Notes under the pieces: model-generated
What the model was told of the DNA's origin: nothing
Seen by the model: the letters and a program-made list of their open reading frames with translations, nothing else
Database searches by the model: none
In this document: positions 27,601-35,854 of the stretch, piece after piece
Numbering within the stretch: position 1 is the stretch's first letter
How the letters are laid out: each line of letters begins with the position of its first letter
Source: a virus
Strand: one strand, 5' to 3'
Virus record (IMG/VR): IMGVR_UViG_3300045988_133913
Coordinates: 1-64,000 of that record
DNA length: 64,000 bases
Program-made: the position numbers and the translations under genes

Positions 27601-27711
27601 TTTCTGCCGCATCTTGCCGTCTTTCAGCCCGCCGTCATCTGAGTGGGCATACACATACACCCCGGAGGCGGGCAGGACGGCACGGAGAAAGTCTGTGAGG
27701 GAAGCGGTCAT
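24661..27711 (-). CDS. primase-polymerase (PrimPol/AEP) fused to a D5/SF3-type helicase
   Basis: N-terminal DxD (LWLDLDVG) and SGAAGLHVYWAL motifs. C-terminal Walker A (GEKGAGKS) and Walker B (GFDEMTD). Confidence 0.75.
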   Translation of the reverse strand: MTASLTDFLRAVLPASGVYVYAHSDDGGLKDGKMRQKVLERQDELVQTAGYFYQLPRDVWFALAAYKQGWHTVQTHKGEKNQLRTRNNARAVKALWLDLDVGEKKDYKTRAEALTSLRDFCVASGMPCPWVVASGAAGLHVYWALEAEVTPDEWQYLADRLRAACEALGLHADPMRTRDIASVLRLPGTWNMKGGMTGAALVEIRVVGATMPYAFYKEKLDAYVPKATSHVPTLPQVNVPDYVKAVTDAALMRFFQIPKADFPERNAADIVAGCKQIRTMNDGKEPTWRAALSVLRFCTDGRETAERLSTDPKWHSEYSIDEKFAWLEANDIKPMHCSTFAEYRPEACEGCPFAGIIKSPISVPNAPLLAQEVTPAAPKDATPSQTTDLPPRPAITLPVPSGWAAEGEDLSPAAEPESNLPKYEYQTVRVNEGGCFVRCKDAEGDWYWRNIYPYPVYPVQRIKARTATGEVQMSYVFRKHHLKGYDDVQIPGETLMGQGLNAYLGSVGFLLHDKDRKLMGQMLIELLKQTESTLAETTVTDQLGWDKDQQSFLLGDKLYKADGSVIEIAPKGKAAIYSGLTRPRGSLDTWKAIAETYNRKGMEWAQTTLAAAFASPLMPIGALESAALLFLTGEKGAGKSAALSLGISVYGDPSPRTGLMINKEDTYIARFAKLGIMNNIAAGFDEMTDISPKDASDIAYQLTQGRGKDRMQSGGENLQLNTTFWSCLPVMSANSSIIASLANHSHDASAQMSRVLEIKVKPLGEVYSPEEFEENERLIRKLPQNYGVAGDVYIRYVTTHKEEIEDELYEMEKLIRKRASIGSNYRFWSYMTTRMMVGMRIARDLGLINYDLDNLLEYLLGLIAEGKQTIGQSLMSPEGMIAQFMNEHEGARIVVAAHVRPSDMPDQPGKGVMNDVNYVKKQTVPGRGIQIRYEMKEERAFISMPAIKQWCKRQNIGAPEFISNLEALYGKVIKPQKIDLGGFTVSRGAGKTECICVKIPLDISLEGYENLTEENS

Positions 27712-27714
27712 GGG

Positions 27715-28020
27715 TTAGCCTCTATCGCGGGTCAGGTGTGAGCTAATAATTTCCATCGCTGTCGCAGAGCGCTGGTTGTAACTGATTTCTTCCGGTATGG
27801 GGAGTTGTCCATCCTTGACAAGCTGGGTAAGCACGTCGGTGATAACCACCAGCCTTTGGGCGATGGACGGTGTGCTGATGCTGCGTTCCTTGCGCAGGTA
27901 TTTGTCTAGGGTGATGTAGGGGATTCCGGCAAGCGTGGCGACTACCGGGCGCTTGACATCGCTATCGCGCATGGCGACTAGCAGGTCGTCGATTACTGTT
28001 TGATAGCGTTTCTTTTTCAT
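27715..28020 (-). CDS. small DNA-binding (HTH-like) protein
   Basis: 101 aa. The segment TLAGIPYITLDKYLRKERSISTPSIAQRL is HTH-like. Confidence 0.4.
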   Translation of the reverse strand: MKKKRYQTVIDDLLVAMRDSDVKRPVVATLAGIPYITLDKYLRKERSISTPSIAQRLVVITDVLTQLVKDGQLPIPEEISYNQRSATAMEIISSHLTRDRG

Positions 28021-28056
28021 GATTCGGTAAGCGGCACGTCCCTGTGCCTGTTTGGT

Positions 28057-29016
28057 TTAGAGTGTTGCCATGCCCGCAGGTGCGGTCTGTTCGTTTTGAG
28101 GTTGCATCTGCGCTTGTTGCTGCCATGCAGGCGGTTGCGGTTGCGGTTGCGCCTGTGCTTGTTGCTGCCACGCAGGAGGTTGTTGACCTTGAGGCTGCAT
28201 TTGAGGCGGCTGTACCTGACCTTGTGGCGGAACTTGCATTTGCGGCTGCTGCGGCGGGGCTGCGTTGACTGTGGCGTTTTCCGTCGTGTTGTCGAAATGG
28301 ATGTCCAGCAGGCGGTCAGTCGTACCGTTAGTCATCGCCTCAACCATCGCCTGAATGGCAGGTTCGGACGCGAAGCGAACTTCGTTGCTGCGGTTGCGCA
28401 GGTCGTACAGGCTGAACGCAACGACGGGTACAGACTGGCTGCCATCGAACGAAAGTTGCACGGTAAAGGTAAACGGCATGATGCCGTGCGATGCTTGGAA
28501 GTCGCCCATCGTTTTCAGCAGGGTAGCGAAACTGCACGTGCCGACGTTCGCGTTGCCAGACTGGCGCACGGACTTATAGCCGAAATCCACCACATACAGC
28601 TCGTGCTGCGGGTCGTTTGCCAGCATGACGATAGCGCGCTGGCGGTAGTTACGCTGCACGAAACCGGCTGGCAGCGGGCTGTCGAATTTCTCGTCCGGGA
28701 GCGGATAACGGGAAAGCGTCTTGGGCGCAACACCTGTCTTCTCGCTCTCGTCGTAGGTACGGTCGTAGAAGACGTAGTGGAACTGCGGATTGACCGCAAC
28801 GATATGCACATCGAGCGTCAGTTCAGAAAGCTGCACCGGTTCGCCGCCGCCTTTGGAGATGTTGAAGCGGTTGCTTTTGAAGGTGATGCGGTTCGGCGCG
28901 TTGGTCGCGAGAGCGGCTGCTTGCTGCCATTGCGCGGCGATTTTCGCGGCGAAGTCAGCGTTCATCTGCGGGACTGGCACATTGGCGTTGCCAAAGGGAA
29001 TGACTTGGTTTGTCAT
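28057..29016 (-). CDS. hypothetical protein with Q/P-rich C-terminal tail, possible ssDNA-binding/annealing protein
   Basis: 319 aa. The C-terminal 70 aa are PQ repeats. Its position between the primase gene and the helicase block suggests the role. The function is inferred only. Confidence 0.45.
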   Translation of the reverse strand: MTNQVIPFGNANVPVPQMNADFAAKIAAQWQQAAALATNAPNRITFKSNRFNISKGGGEPVQLSELTLDVHIVAVNPQFHYVFYDRTYDESEKTGVAPKTLSRYPLPDEKFDSPLPAGFVQRNYRQRAIVMLANDPQHELYVVDFGYKSVRQSGNANVGTCSFATLLKTMGDFQASHGIMPFTFTVQLSFDGSQSVPVVAFSLYDLRNRSNEVRFASEPAIQAMVEAMTNGTTDRLLDIHFDNTTENATVNAAPPQQPQMQVPPQGQVQPPQMQPQGQQPPAWQQQAQAQPQPQPPAWQQQAQMQPQNEQTAPAGMATL

Positions 29017-29047
29017 GGGGATTACTCCGGGTTGGTTAAGAAAAGGG

Positions 29048-29692
29048 TTAAGCGGATTTACGGGGGGCGGAAAGTTTGGTTTCCACGTAGTGTCCGAACG
29101 GGCTGGCGGCTAGCAGGTGAAGCTCTGGTTGTCCGGCAAGCGCGCGGTGAACATTCAGCTCCTGCACACGGGTCGCGAACGCCTGCTGCTGGTTGAGAAT
29201 CTGGTCGTAGGTGGTAACGCCATCGTCCAGTTGCTGCTGCTGCTTGTTCAGCTCGTCTGCGCTGATAAGGGCGGCGTTTAGCAACACCTTCCAGTTATGC
29301 TCGCAGGCAAGGCGCTCAACCGCCAGCACGCTGTCCGGTACAAGTCGCGCCTGCTGCGCGTACAACACGTGCTGCGTGGTGATGATGCCATCGGCAAGCA
29401 GTCTGTCCAGCCAAGCCCCGGCTGCCTCGCGTCCGCCCGCTTCTTCGGTCGGGAAGCTGCACTTGACGCTCTGGCGGCGAGCGAATGTGCCGACACCATC
29501 GAAGGCGAAGTGTTTTGCACCTTCTGCGTCCATACGACTGAGCAGATGCTCCTCGGCAGTTGCCTTAGCGGTTTTCAGCATCTTCTCCCAGTCCGATAGC
29601 TTGCCAAGCTGTTCGTTGATACGTACAATGAACTCCGCGCACGCTTTGTCGGATGAATAAATTTCCTGTGGGATTTCTATTTGTTTCGGCAT
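29048..29692 (-). CDS. hypothetical protein
   Basis: 214-aa ORF. Confidence 0.45.
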   Translation of the reverse strand: MPKQIEIPQEIYSSDKACAEFIVRINEQLGKLSDWEKMLKTAKATAEEHLLSRMDAEGAKHFAFDGVGTFARRQSVKCSFPTEEAGGREAAGAWLDRLLADGIITTQHVLYAQQARLVPDSVLAVERLACEHNWKVLLNAALISADELNKQQQQLDDGVTTYDQILNQQQAFATRVQELNVHRALAGQPELHLLAASPFGHYVETKLSAPRKSA

Positions 29693-29784
29693 AAATGCCT
29701 CCTGTATGATTGAATGGTTAGTCAGAATGTGCGTATAAGTTTACCCCTTGATAGCCTAGCTGTCAAGGGGTTCTTATTTGAAAT

Positions 29785-31410
29785 TTAGTGCTCAAAGCCG
29801 GAAATGTTTTTCGTAAATAAATTAACAATGTTCCGCTCAATGTTCACCCCGCGCTCCAGCGCCGAGAACGCCAGCTTGTCCTGCGCGCCTGCCGAGAGAT
29901 GCACCACGAACGTCTCCTTCGCCGTCTGCCGCGCCGACGACAAGCGCTCAAACATCTGCTGATACATGAACGCCCCGGTCAGCGGTACGCCGTAGCAGAT
30001 GATGTAATCCGCACTCGCCAGCTCCACCCCGAACGCCGTCGTGCGCGGGTGACACACGAGGACGTGCGGTTCTCGCTCGTCGAGAAAATCGCGCAGAATT
30101 TTAGAGCGCGCCAGTCCGGTCACGCTGCCGTCAATCTTCTCACAGCTAAACCCTTCGCTGCGGATGAACTCCACCAGCATATCGTTTACCGCCGTGAAGC
30201 TGGAAAACACTACCTTCTTGCGTGGTGTCGCGCGGAGCAGCTCTGCCAGACGGGTCAGCTTGGGCGTGGCGTCCACCTGGACAACGCTGGCTTCACCTTC
30301 CTTTTTCGCCCGCACCGCGCCACCAGACACCTGCAACAATTTTTGCGCCAGCGTGGACGCTGTCGTTGCTTCAACGGTGTTGGTGTCAATCATGTACTGC
30401 AACTGCTCCACCAGCTCCTTGCTCATCGCCCGCTGTTGCGGCGAGAGCGGTACGTCTTCCCGTAGCACCTGTGGCACAGGGATTTTCATGAGCTGTTCTT
30501 TGTCGAAGCGGATGCAGGGCGACATGGCGGCTTTAACGAGCGCTTCGTGTCCGTGCTTGGGAATCCACTTGAACTGCGTAATCTTCTGCATCGTCATGTA
30601 TTTCCAGCGGATGTACTGGTCTGGCACTTGCGTCGGGTTGATGAGCTTAACTTGCAGATAGATTTTATCCGGTGCGCCCGGTGTTCCGGTCAGCCCCCAT
30701 CGGTAGGGGCATTTGCTGGCGACCTTGTGCGCTGCCTGCCAGCGCTGCGTCGGTTTGCCGTTGCTGCCGCCGTACTCGGTCAGCTCATCGAACACGCAGA
30801 TGCCGATGCGTCCGGCTTCTACCTTTTGTCGCAGCTTGTCCGACACCTTGCCACGCTCTGCGCGGGACAATCCGTCCGGGTTGATGAGATAAATATCCGC
30901 AGGCTTGTCCACTTCCCCCATGCGGTCGTTGTGGATGAGCTGGACGCGCTTCTGCGGAAACCACTCCTCACAGGTTTTCTCCCACTCGCCGCCTGCCGCG
31001 ACGGTCAGCGGGGCAACAATAAGCGCCGCCTGCACGCCCATGTAGCGCTGGAGGTAGTCGATAGCTAGCAGCGTCGAGAGCGTCTTGCCTGTGCGCGGCG
31101 TGCTGGTGACGAAGGCGTAGGGGTTGCTGGCGAGGAAGGCGGCGGTCTCCATCTGCCACCACCACGGGGTATGCCCGTGCTTGGATGTGGGCGGGTCGTA
31201 GTAGGTGCTGAACGGGTCGCAGCCCTCGGTGTCGATGCCCATGTTGGACAGCATCTTCAGCACGTCGTTGTGGTGTGGCAGGGCGATGACGTCGCCGTCT
31301 GGCAGGTGTAGTGTCGGGAAAATAAATAGCTGGTTTAGCAGCTTGACGTGTTCGGGGTCGTGCGGCATCGGCACGACGATTTTTTTAAGATTGGGAAGAA
31401 CAACCGCCAT
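29785..31410 (-). CDS. SNF2/DEAD-like superfamily 2 helicase
   Basis: Motifs TPRTGKT (motif I), FDELTE (motif II) and LTGTPG (motif III). C-terminal helicase domain. Start moved to ATG 31410, which overlaps the VRR-NUC stop. Confidence 0.75.
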   Translation of the reverse strand: MAVVLPNLKKIVVPMPHDPEHVKLLNQLFIFPTLHLPDGDVIALPHHNDVLKMLSNMGIDTEGCDPFSTYYDPPTSKHGHTPWWWQMETAAFLASNPYAFVTSTPRTGKTLSTLLAIDYLQRYMGVQAALIVAPLTVAAGGEWEKTCEEWFPQKRVQLIHNDRMGEVDKPADIYLINPDGLSRAERGKVSDKLRQKVEAGRIGICVFDELTEYGGSNGKPTQRWQAAHKVASKCPYRWGLTGTPGAPDKIYLQVKLINPTQVPDQYIRWKYMTMQKITQFKWIPKHGHEALVKAAMSPCIRFDKEQLMKIPVPQVLREDVPLSPQQRAMSKELVEQLQYMIDTNTVEATTASTLAQKLLQVSGGAVRAKKEGEASVVQVDATPKLTRLAELLRATPRKKVVFSSFTAVNDMLVEFIRSEGFSCEKIDGSVTGLARSKILRDFLDEREPHVLVCHPRTTAFGVELASADYIICYGVPLTGAFMYQQMFERLSSARQTAKETFVVHLSAGAQDKLAFSALERGVNIERNIVNLFTKNISGFEH

Positions 31411-31802
31411 CACCACACCGCCAGCTTGTCCACGTATTCCTGCTTGTGCGCTGGGAGCGCCGGAGCGTTCTTCTTGAGCCACGTAACCAGCACCTCGAGG
31501 TTCTCACTATGAATGCACAGCCACTCGCCCCCTGCGGCTTCTATGGCGGCTTTCTGGCGCTGCTGCATGACCTCGTTTGGCTTGGCTTTTAATTCCGGTC
31601 GTGTATGGTGGTTGTTGCGGTCTTTCTTGACCTCGACACCGAGGAAGCGTCCGTTGGTTACGATGATGCGGTCAGGGTGTCCTGACGCGCCGTATCCGAA
31701 GGTCATCGGGCAGAAAGTGTAGATATGGCTGAAGGCGATGTAGGGGTCGAGGATTTGTTTGATGCGTTCTTTGACTGCCTTCTCGGTAAGTTTTGCGGGC
31801 AT
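31410..31802 (-). CDS. VRR-NUC domain nuclease
   Basis: GHPDRIIVTNGRFLGVEVKKD...QRQKAAIEAAGGEWLCIHS fits the VRR-NUC pattern. Start moved to ATG 31802, which has GGAGG upstream. Confidence 0.65.
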   Translation of the reverse strand: MPAKLTEKAVKERIKQILDPYIAFSHIYTFCPMTFGYGASGHPDRIIVTNGRFLGVEVKKDRNNHHTRPELKAKPNEVMQQRQKAAIEAAGGEWLCIHSENLEVLVTWLKKNAPALPAHKQEYVDKLAVW

Positions 31803-31835
31803 GGGTAAGCCTCCTGATGCAAGGATGTGAAAAGA

Positions 31836-31862
31836 AAAAAGGAAGCGGTTAGCTTCCCCTGT
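31836..31862 (-). terminator. weak terminator-like hairpin downstream of the HNH gene
   Basis: GGAAGC-ggtta-GCTTCC stem with an A-tract on one side and a T-tract on the other. Confidence 0.35.
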
Positions 31863-31990
31863 TTTTCGCTTTCCCACCTGAGAGGTCTACCCCCACGGAG
31901 AGTTACTAACCGCTTGGTGGACACCCCCGGCACGCTGACGGCGCAGTGCGAGAGGTAAATAAAGCACTGCCGAGGGCATCCACCAAGCGT

Positions 31991-32248
31991 TCAGGATGAA
32001 CGTTTGGACTTCAAATTTCGTGAGCGGTTGGCGTGGGTGGAGGTGATGCGGCGATTGCTCTTGGCATTGCTCCCGCCCTTCGACAACGGCTTGATGTGGT
32101 CTATGTCTTTACCTTCCAGCGCCGCCTTGCCATGCTGGGCGATAGCCTGCCGACGTGCGGTATTGCGCATCGCCCGCAGTTTTTTCTGCTCTGGTTTGGC
32201 GTGGAATTGCTCGTACTCCCGTTTGTAGTCACGTTTACGTGTTGCCAT
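31991..32248 (-). CDS. free-standing HNH endonuclease
   Basis: Motif DIDHIKPLSKGGSN...N...H. Start moved to ATG 32248, which has AGGA upstream. The gene is flanked by hairpin terminators on both sides. Confidence 0.6.
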   Translation of the reverse strand: MATRKRDYKREYEQFHAKPEQKKLRAMRNTARRQAIAQHGKAALEGKDIDHIKPLSKGGSNAKSNRRITSTHANRSRNLKSKRSS

Positions 32249-32263
32249 GTTAGTGTCCTGTAG

Positions 32264-32312
32264 AAAAAACACGACCAGAATACCAGAAAAACCACAACCC
32301 AGTATTCTGGTC
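32264..32312 (-). terminator. terminator/attenuator hairpin immediately upstream of the HNH gene
   Basis: Perfect 11-bp inverted repeat GACCAGAATAC...GTATTCTGGTC. On the minus strand it is followed by GTGTTTTTTC. Confidence 0.5.
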
Positions 32313-32573
32313 GCCAACAATCCCAAGGAGTCTTACGCCTGTGGCACGGGTAGCCCACAGGAAGGACGGCACGGGCAACAACAGACCGAAACCGGAGAGC
32401 TTCGAGAAACCATGCCGTCCTTCCTATGCGCTAGTTCCAGCGGGTGCTTTCTTGAGAGTACCTGACATGAGGAAAATCTCCACCCGCCGGATGTGTCGTA
32501 TATTACCGAGAAGCCCTGATGCTGTCAAGCCTTCCTGCCGTTAAACTCGCACGAGATGACGAAACACGCTCGA

Positions 32574-33275
32574 CTACGCCGTAGTCTCGCGCGCGTCGTT
32601 TTTACGTCCATTGAATTCGCACGAGATGACGTCGCACCAGTTCTTGCACAACCCAGACGGCTTCGGGGGAAACTGGTTGTGCAAGTGGGCATCAGACAGC
32701 AGTCCCATATTGACCTTCATCTGGGTCAGGTGATTACCCGGCTGGTACTCCTGCCTGTCGCTTTCGCCTGAAAACAGGTAAACGAAAATCGTCAGAATCT
32801 TCTTTACCTGCGGATAGTGCGCGGCAACGCAGTGCTTGATGAAGTCGTGCTGCATCGAGGCGTCGCGCTTCTTTCCCGTCTTCCAGTCCACGCAGATGAT
32901 GGTTTTCTGGTCGCGGCTGATTAGCATCGCGTCCACGATGCAGCGCTGGTAGGCGGTTTTAGCACTCCAGTCCACAGGCGCGCCATTAAAGTCCACCGCG
33001 AGTTTTACCTCCGCGCCGAGGAAGATGTTACGCATCCGCGCCAGCGTCCCCATTGCCGGAAGCAGGATGGACGGCAGGGGCTTCCCGTGCTTGAGGTAGT
33101 TTTCAATCGCCGCGTGCAGCAGCGTACCAAAGCGCGTGTGGTCGGTATCCTGAAACTTGACCTCACGGGTGATGTACTTCGCCTCGTACTGGCGCGGGCA
33201 GGTGAGAAACGTCTGAAGCGACGTTGGCGACTGCGGCATCATTTCTGATTCGCCCCATAGCTGCTGTACACCCAT
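32574..33275 (-). CDS. Cas4-like PD-(D/E)XK exonuclease with a Cys cluster
   Basis: N-terminal TCPRQY motif. The segment D...VDWK is (D/E)xK-like. The C-terminal CKNWCDVISC is characteristic of a Cas4/AddB-type Fe-S nuclease. Confidence 0.65.
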   Translation of the reverse strand: MGVQQLWGESEMMPQSPTSLQTFLTCPRQYEAKYITREVKFQDTDHTRFGTLLHAAIENYLKHGKPLPSILLPAMGTLARMRNIFLGAEVKLAVDFNGAPVDWSAKTAYQRCIVDAMLISRDQKTIICVDWKTGKKRDASMQHDFIKHCVAAHYPQVKKILTIFVYLFSGESDRQEYQPGNHLTQMKVNMGLLSDAHLHNQFPPKPSGLCKNWCDVISCEFNGRKNDARETTA

Positions 33276-33304
33276 ACAATGCTGTTTGTCATGATTTACT
33301 CCTT

Positions 33305-34084
33305 CTAGGCAAATTTAACTTCACGCAGGCTATCGCGCCATACCTTTTCGGCAGTCGACACGCTACGCCAACCTACACTACCCAGTTCGCCTACGTTAAA
33401 CATTGCCCACGCTCCCGTCCCATTACCATGCGCAATCGCTTCCGGTTTTACGTCGTATGCCCACACTCTGCCGTTACTATCCATAGCGATAAACTTCGCC
33501 CATTCTGGAAGGACAAGTTCAGCACCGTAGTAATCCCGCACAAGACGACTTCCGTCTCCAAGTCGCTCGCACTTCTCCGCCTCAACATAACGCATCGCCA
33601 CTTGACACATCTTTACACCCAACGCTGAAAGGAAGTTATCATCTGCCACACTCATTACGCCAGAATGTTTATAAAAAGCATTCCACTGCTGATTTAGTGC
33701 AACAGGTGTATATGGCTTGCCCAATATGGACGGCAAGGAGTTCATGATGTTACATAAGGCTGTCTCCCTTGAGATTACATCCTCATTCGCCAGCGTATAC
33801 TCAATGGCTATTTTGGTTTTGAGGTCAAGCATCCAGTCCTGCCCGTCGTCTTTGCAGCAGGTCAAGGTATCCTTCCAGCTTTCGCCGTCATTAAACCGGA
33901 CTACCGCATCCAAGCAGGTAAGCGCGGCTCCATGCCATATCTTTCTGGCGTCCAAACAGTATGGTTCGCCAAGGAACGCAAAAATCTCACCGTCGGCGTT
34001 GGCAGCGATATATGACGCATGGCGTTTAACCTGCAAGATGCGTCCATAAAACAGGACGTTTTTGAAGTGTTCATTGATTTCCAT
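33305..34084 (-). CDS. hypothetical protein, paralog of 38789-39523
   Basis: Shares FYG...DG.I.AF..EP, the (E)(N/S)WKDTLT(H/C)C block, and the C-terminal block YYGA(E/D)L(V/I)(L/V)P(E/T)WA(K/R)FIAM...VW(A/C)Y(D/E)VKP...WRDSL(R/Q)EV. Confidence 0.5.
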   Translation of the reverse strand: MEINEHFKNVLFYGRILQVKRHASYIAANADGEIFAFLGEPYCLDARKIWHGAALTCLDAVVRFNDGESWKDTLTCCKDDGQDWMLDLKTKIAIEYTLANEDVISRETALCNIMNSLPSILGKPYTPVALNQQWNAFYKHSGVMSVADDNFLSALGVKMCQVAMRYVEAEKCERLGDGSRLVRDYYGAELVLPEWAKFIAMDSNGRVWAYDVKPEAIAHGNGTGAWAMFNVGELGSVGWRSVSTAEKVWRDSLREVKFA

Positions 34085-34129
34085 AGTGTACCTCGGTTAG
34101 TTTGTGGTTAAGAGCCGCTTACGGCGGCA

Positions 34130-34390
34130 TCATAAGATTTCTTCCATAGCCTTCCGCAGACCGTGCAGCATCTTCATCGCTTTGAGACTACTACCGTCAT
34201 TTAGCTCCTGCATAATCGCACCCAATTCGTCGTAGGTAGTTCTCAGTATCACGATAAAATCTTCTGCAACCGTTGTCGCTAACTTATCCGCAAACTTGTA
34301 CACATACGGGTTCAGGTCATCTGGTTGTGGCTTCAGTTTGAAACCGGCTTCAAGGGCAAGTTGTTGCACCGTATCTTTTTTAAGGTTCAT
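34130..34390 (-). CDS. hypothetical protein
   Basis: 86-aa ORF. Confidence 0.4.
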   Translation of the reverse strand: MNLKKDTVQQLALEAGFKLKPQPDDLNPYVYKFADKLATTVAEDFIVILRTTYDELGAIMQELNDGSSLKAMKMLHGLRKAMEEIL

Positions 34391-34392
34391 GG

Positions 34393-34572
34393 TTAGTCTC
34401 CACTACTTGAGCTGCTTGAATCGTCTGAACTGCTACTATATGAGCTGCGCGATGAATGGCTTGATGAACTGTTGTCGTCAGACAAAACCGCAGATGCCAA
34501 AGCCCGCTCCATCGGGTCGCTACTTGTCAGGCTGCGTACCGGATTGCGAACTACTTTTGATAATTTACTCAT
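34393..34572 (-). CDS. small Ser/Asp-rich low-complexity protein
   Basis: Start moved to ATG 34572, which overlaps the thyX stop (ATGA). Sequence is ...SDDNSSSSHSSRSSYSSSSDDSSSSSSGD. Confidence 0.35.
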   Translation of the reverse strand: MSKLSKVVRNPVRSLTSSDPMERALASAVLSDDNSSSSHSSRSSYSSSSDDSSSSSSGD

Positions 34573-35210
34573 GCTTGTACTCCAGTTAGTGCCGCCCACG
34601 CTACAGGAAACAGCGGGGCGATAATGTCGCTCACCATGTGGGCAAGCTCTTGAATTTCTTTTTGTGCGTGGGCGTCGCTGCGCAGGCGGTAGAAGCGGAC
34701 AAACGCCAGCAGGCTGCCTGTCCACACCCACTCGGTCATCATGCCCTGCGGCAGCAGGAAACGCGCCTGCTCCGGGGCGACGCCCATATCGAGGAAGTTG
34801 TGATACATAACCTGCGCGCCCTGCATGAAGGCGACGTAGGTTTCCCGCAGCTTCTCCTGCTTCTCATCGTCCAGCAGCTCACCGCTACCCTGCTTGACAT
34901 TCTCCGCCTTAGCGCGGAACTCCGGCACGAAAAATCCCGGCGTGGATGATATGTATCTGCGCGAGATTTCACTTTCAACGAACCCCACCTTATGCTTGAA
35001 AGCCTGCGCACGAACGGCTACGGGCGCACGAACGCGCAGGGTGATGGCGGTATGGGCAAAGGGTATCTCATGCCCGTGCCGCGCCAGATAGGCGATGAGC
35101 CGAGCGTTTTCCTCATCGGTGTAAAGCTCCGGGGATTTGTCAAACGAAACCCGTGCAGCCCGGACAACGCTGTCGTCGTTGCCCATGTGGTCGATATATT
35201 CCACGCTCAT
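34569..35210 (-). CDS. thyX: flavin-dependent thymidylate synthase ThyX
   Basis: ThyX signature HKVGFVESEISRRY (RHR-x7-S type) and the LARHGHEIPFAH block. Confidence 0.75.
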   Translation of the reverse strand: MSVEYIDHMGNDDSVVRAARVSFDKSPELYTDEENARLIAYLARHGHEIPFAHTAITLRVRAPVAVRAQAFKHKVGFVESEISRRYISSTPGFFVPEFRAKAENVKQGSGELLDDEKQEKLRETYVAFMQGAQVMYHNFLDMGVAPEQARFLLPQGMMTEWVWTGSLLAFVRFYRLRSDAHAQKEIQELAHMVSDIIAPLFPVAWAALTGVQA

Positions 35211-35854
35211 GTGAAAGCCTCCAGCGACGGCGCGCGATAGTTTTTGCCCTTTTTGATTTTGCCCTGTTCATCAAACACCGGCTGCCCGTCCTCAAACTTG
35301 CTCCAGTTGGAAGCGTTTACCACCTCAAGTGCCGCGTGCAGGTCGTAGCCCATCATGTAGGCAAGCCCGGCGCAGGTCACGATGAGGTCGCACAGGGCAT
35401 CCAGCGTCGGAACAGGCGCGGGGTCGAACTTGGACACGCCCTGTTTCAGTTCGTCGGCGAGGTCGCCAATCTGCGGGCATCCTGCACCGATGGCTTCCGT
35501 CAGCTCGGCGGCTTCCTCGAACAAGCATCCAGCCTGCACCATCTGATTGCGCAGCGCAGGTGTCGGCACTGCACGGGAGAACCACTCGGCGATGCCGTTC
35601 AGCACGTCGTCTTCAGTCCACTCCGGCGTGGCAAAGTATTTCTGATACTCCCGGCGCAGCATCGTGTCCTGCGCGTAGAAGCGGGCGTCCTGTGGTGTAC
35701 CGAACCCTTTTTGGATTTCCGGGCGGGCAGACCCGCCGGAACACGTCGCCATGTAAGTACCGTCGGCGTCCTGCACAACCGCCAGTTGCAGCCCCATAAC
35801 ACTTGCACTCCAGACGCCGCAGTCGAACGTCCAGTCTAAGGGTTTCAAATTCAT
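35207..35854 (-). CDS. MazG-like nucleoside triphosphate pyrophosphohydrolase domain protein
   Basis: C-terminal EEAAELTEAI...IGDLADELKQ...AGLAYMMGYDLHAALEVVNASNWSKF matches the MazG/HisE fold pattern. Confidence 0.55.
   Translation of the reverse strand: MNLKPLDWTFDCGVWSASVMGLQLAVVQDADGTYMATCSGGSARPEIQKGFGTPQDARFYAQDTMLRREYQKYFATPEWTEDDVLNGIAEWFSRAVPTPALRNQMVQAGCLFEEAAELTEAIGAGCPQIGDLADELKQGVSKFDPAPVPTLDALCDLIVTCAGLAYMMGYDLHAALEVVNASNWSKFEDGQPVFDEQGKIKKGKNYRAPSLEAFT

Noticed and set aside
28000-29196. 398-aa + strand ORF antisense to the 28057-29016 gene
   Set aside because: The product is an Arg/Leu-rich low-complexity string, typical of the shadow frame of a real high-GC gene. The opposite-strand ORF reads like a genuine protein.
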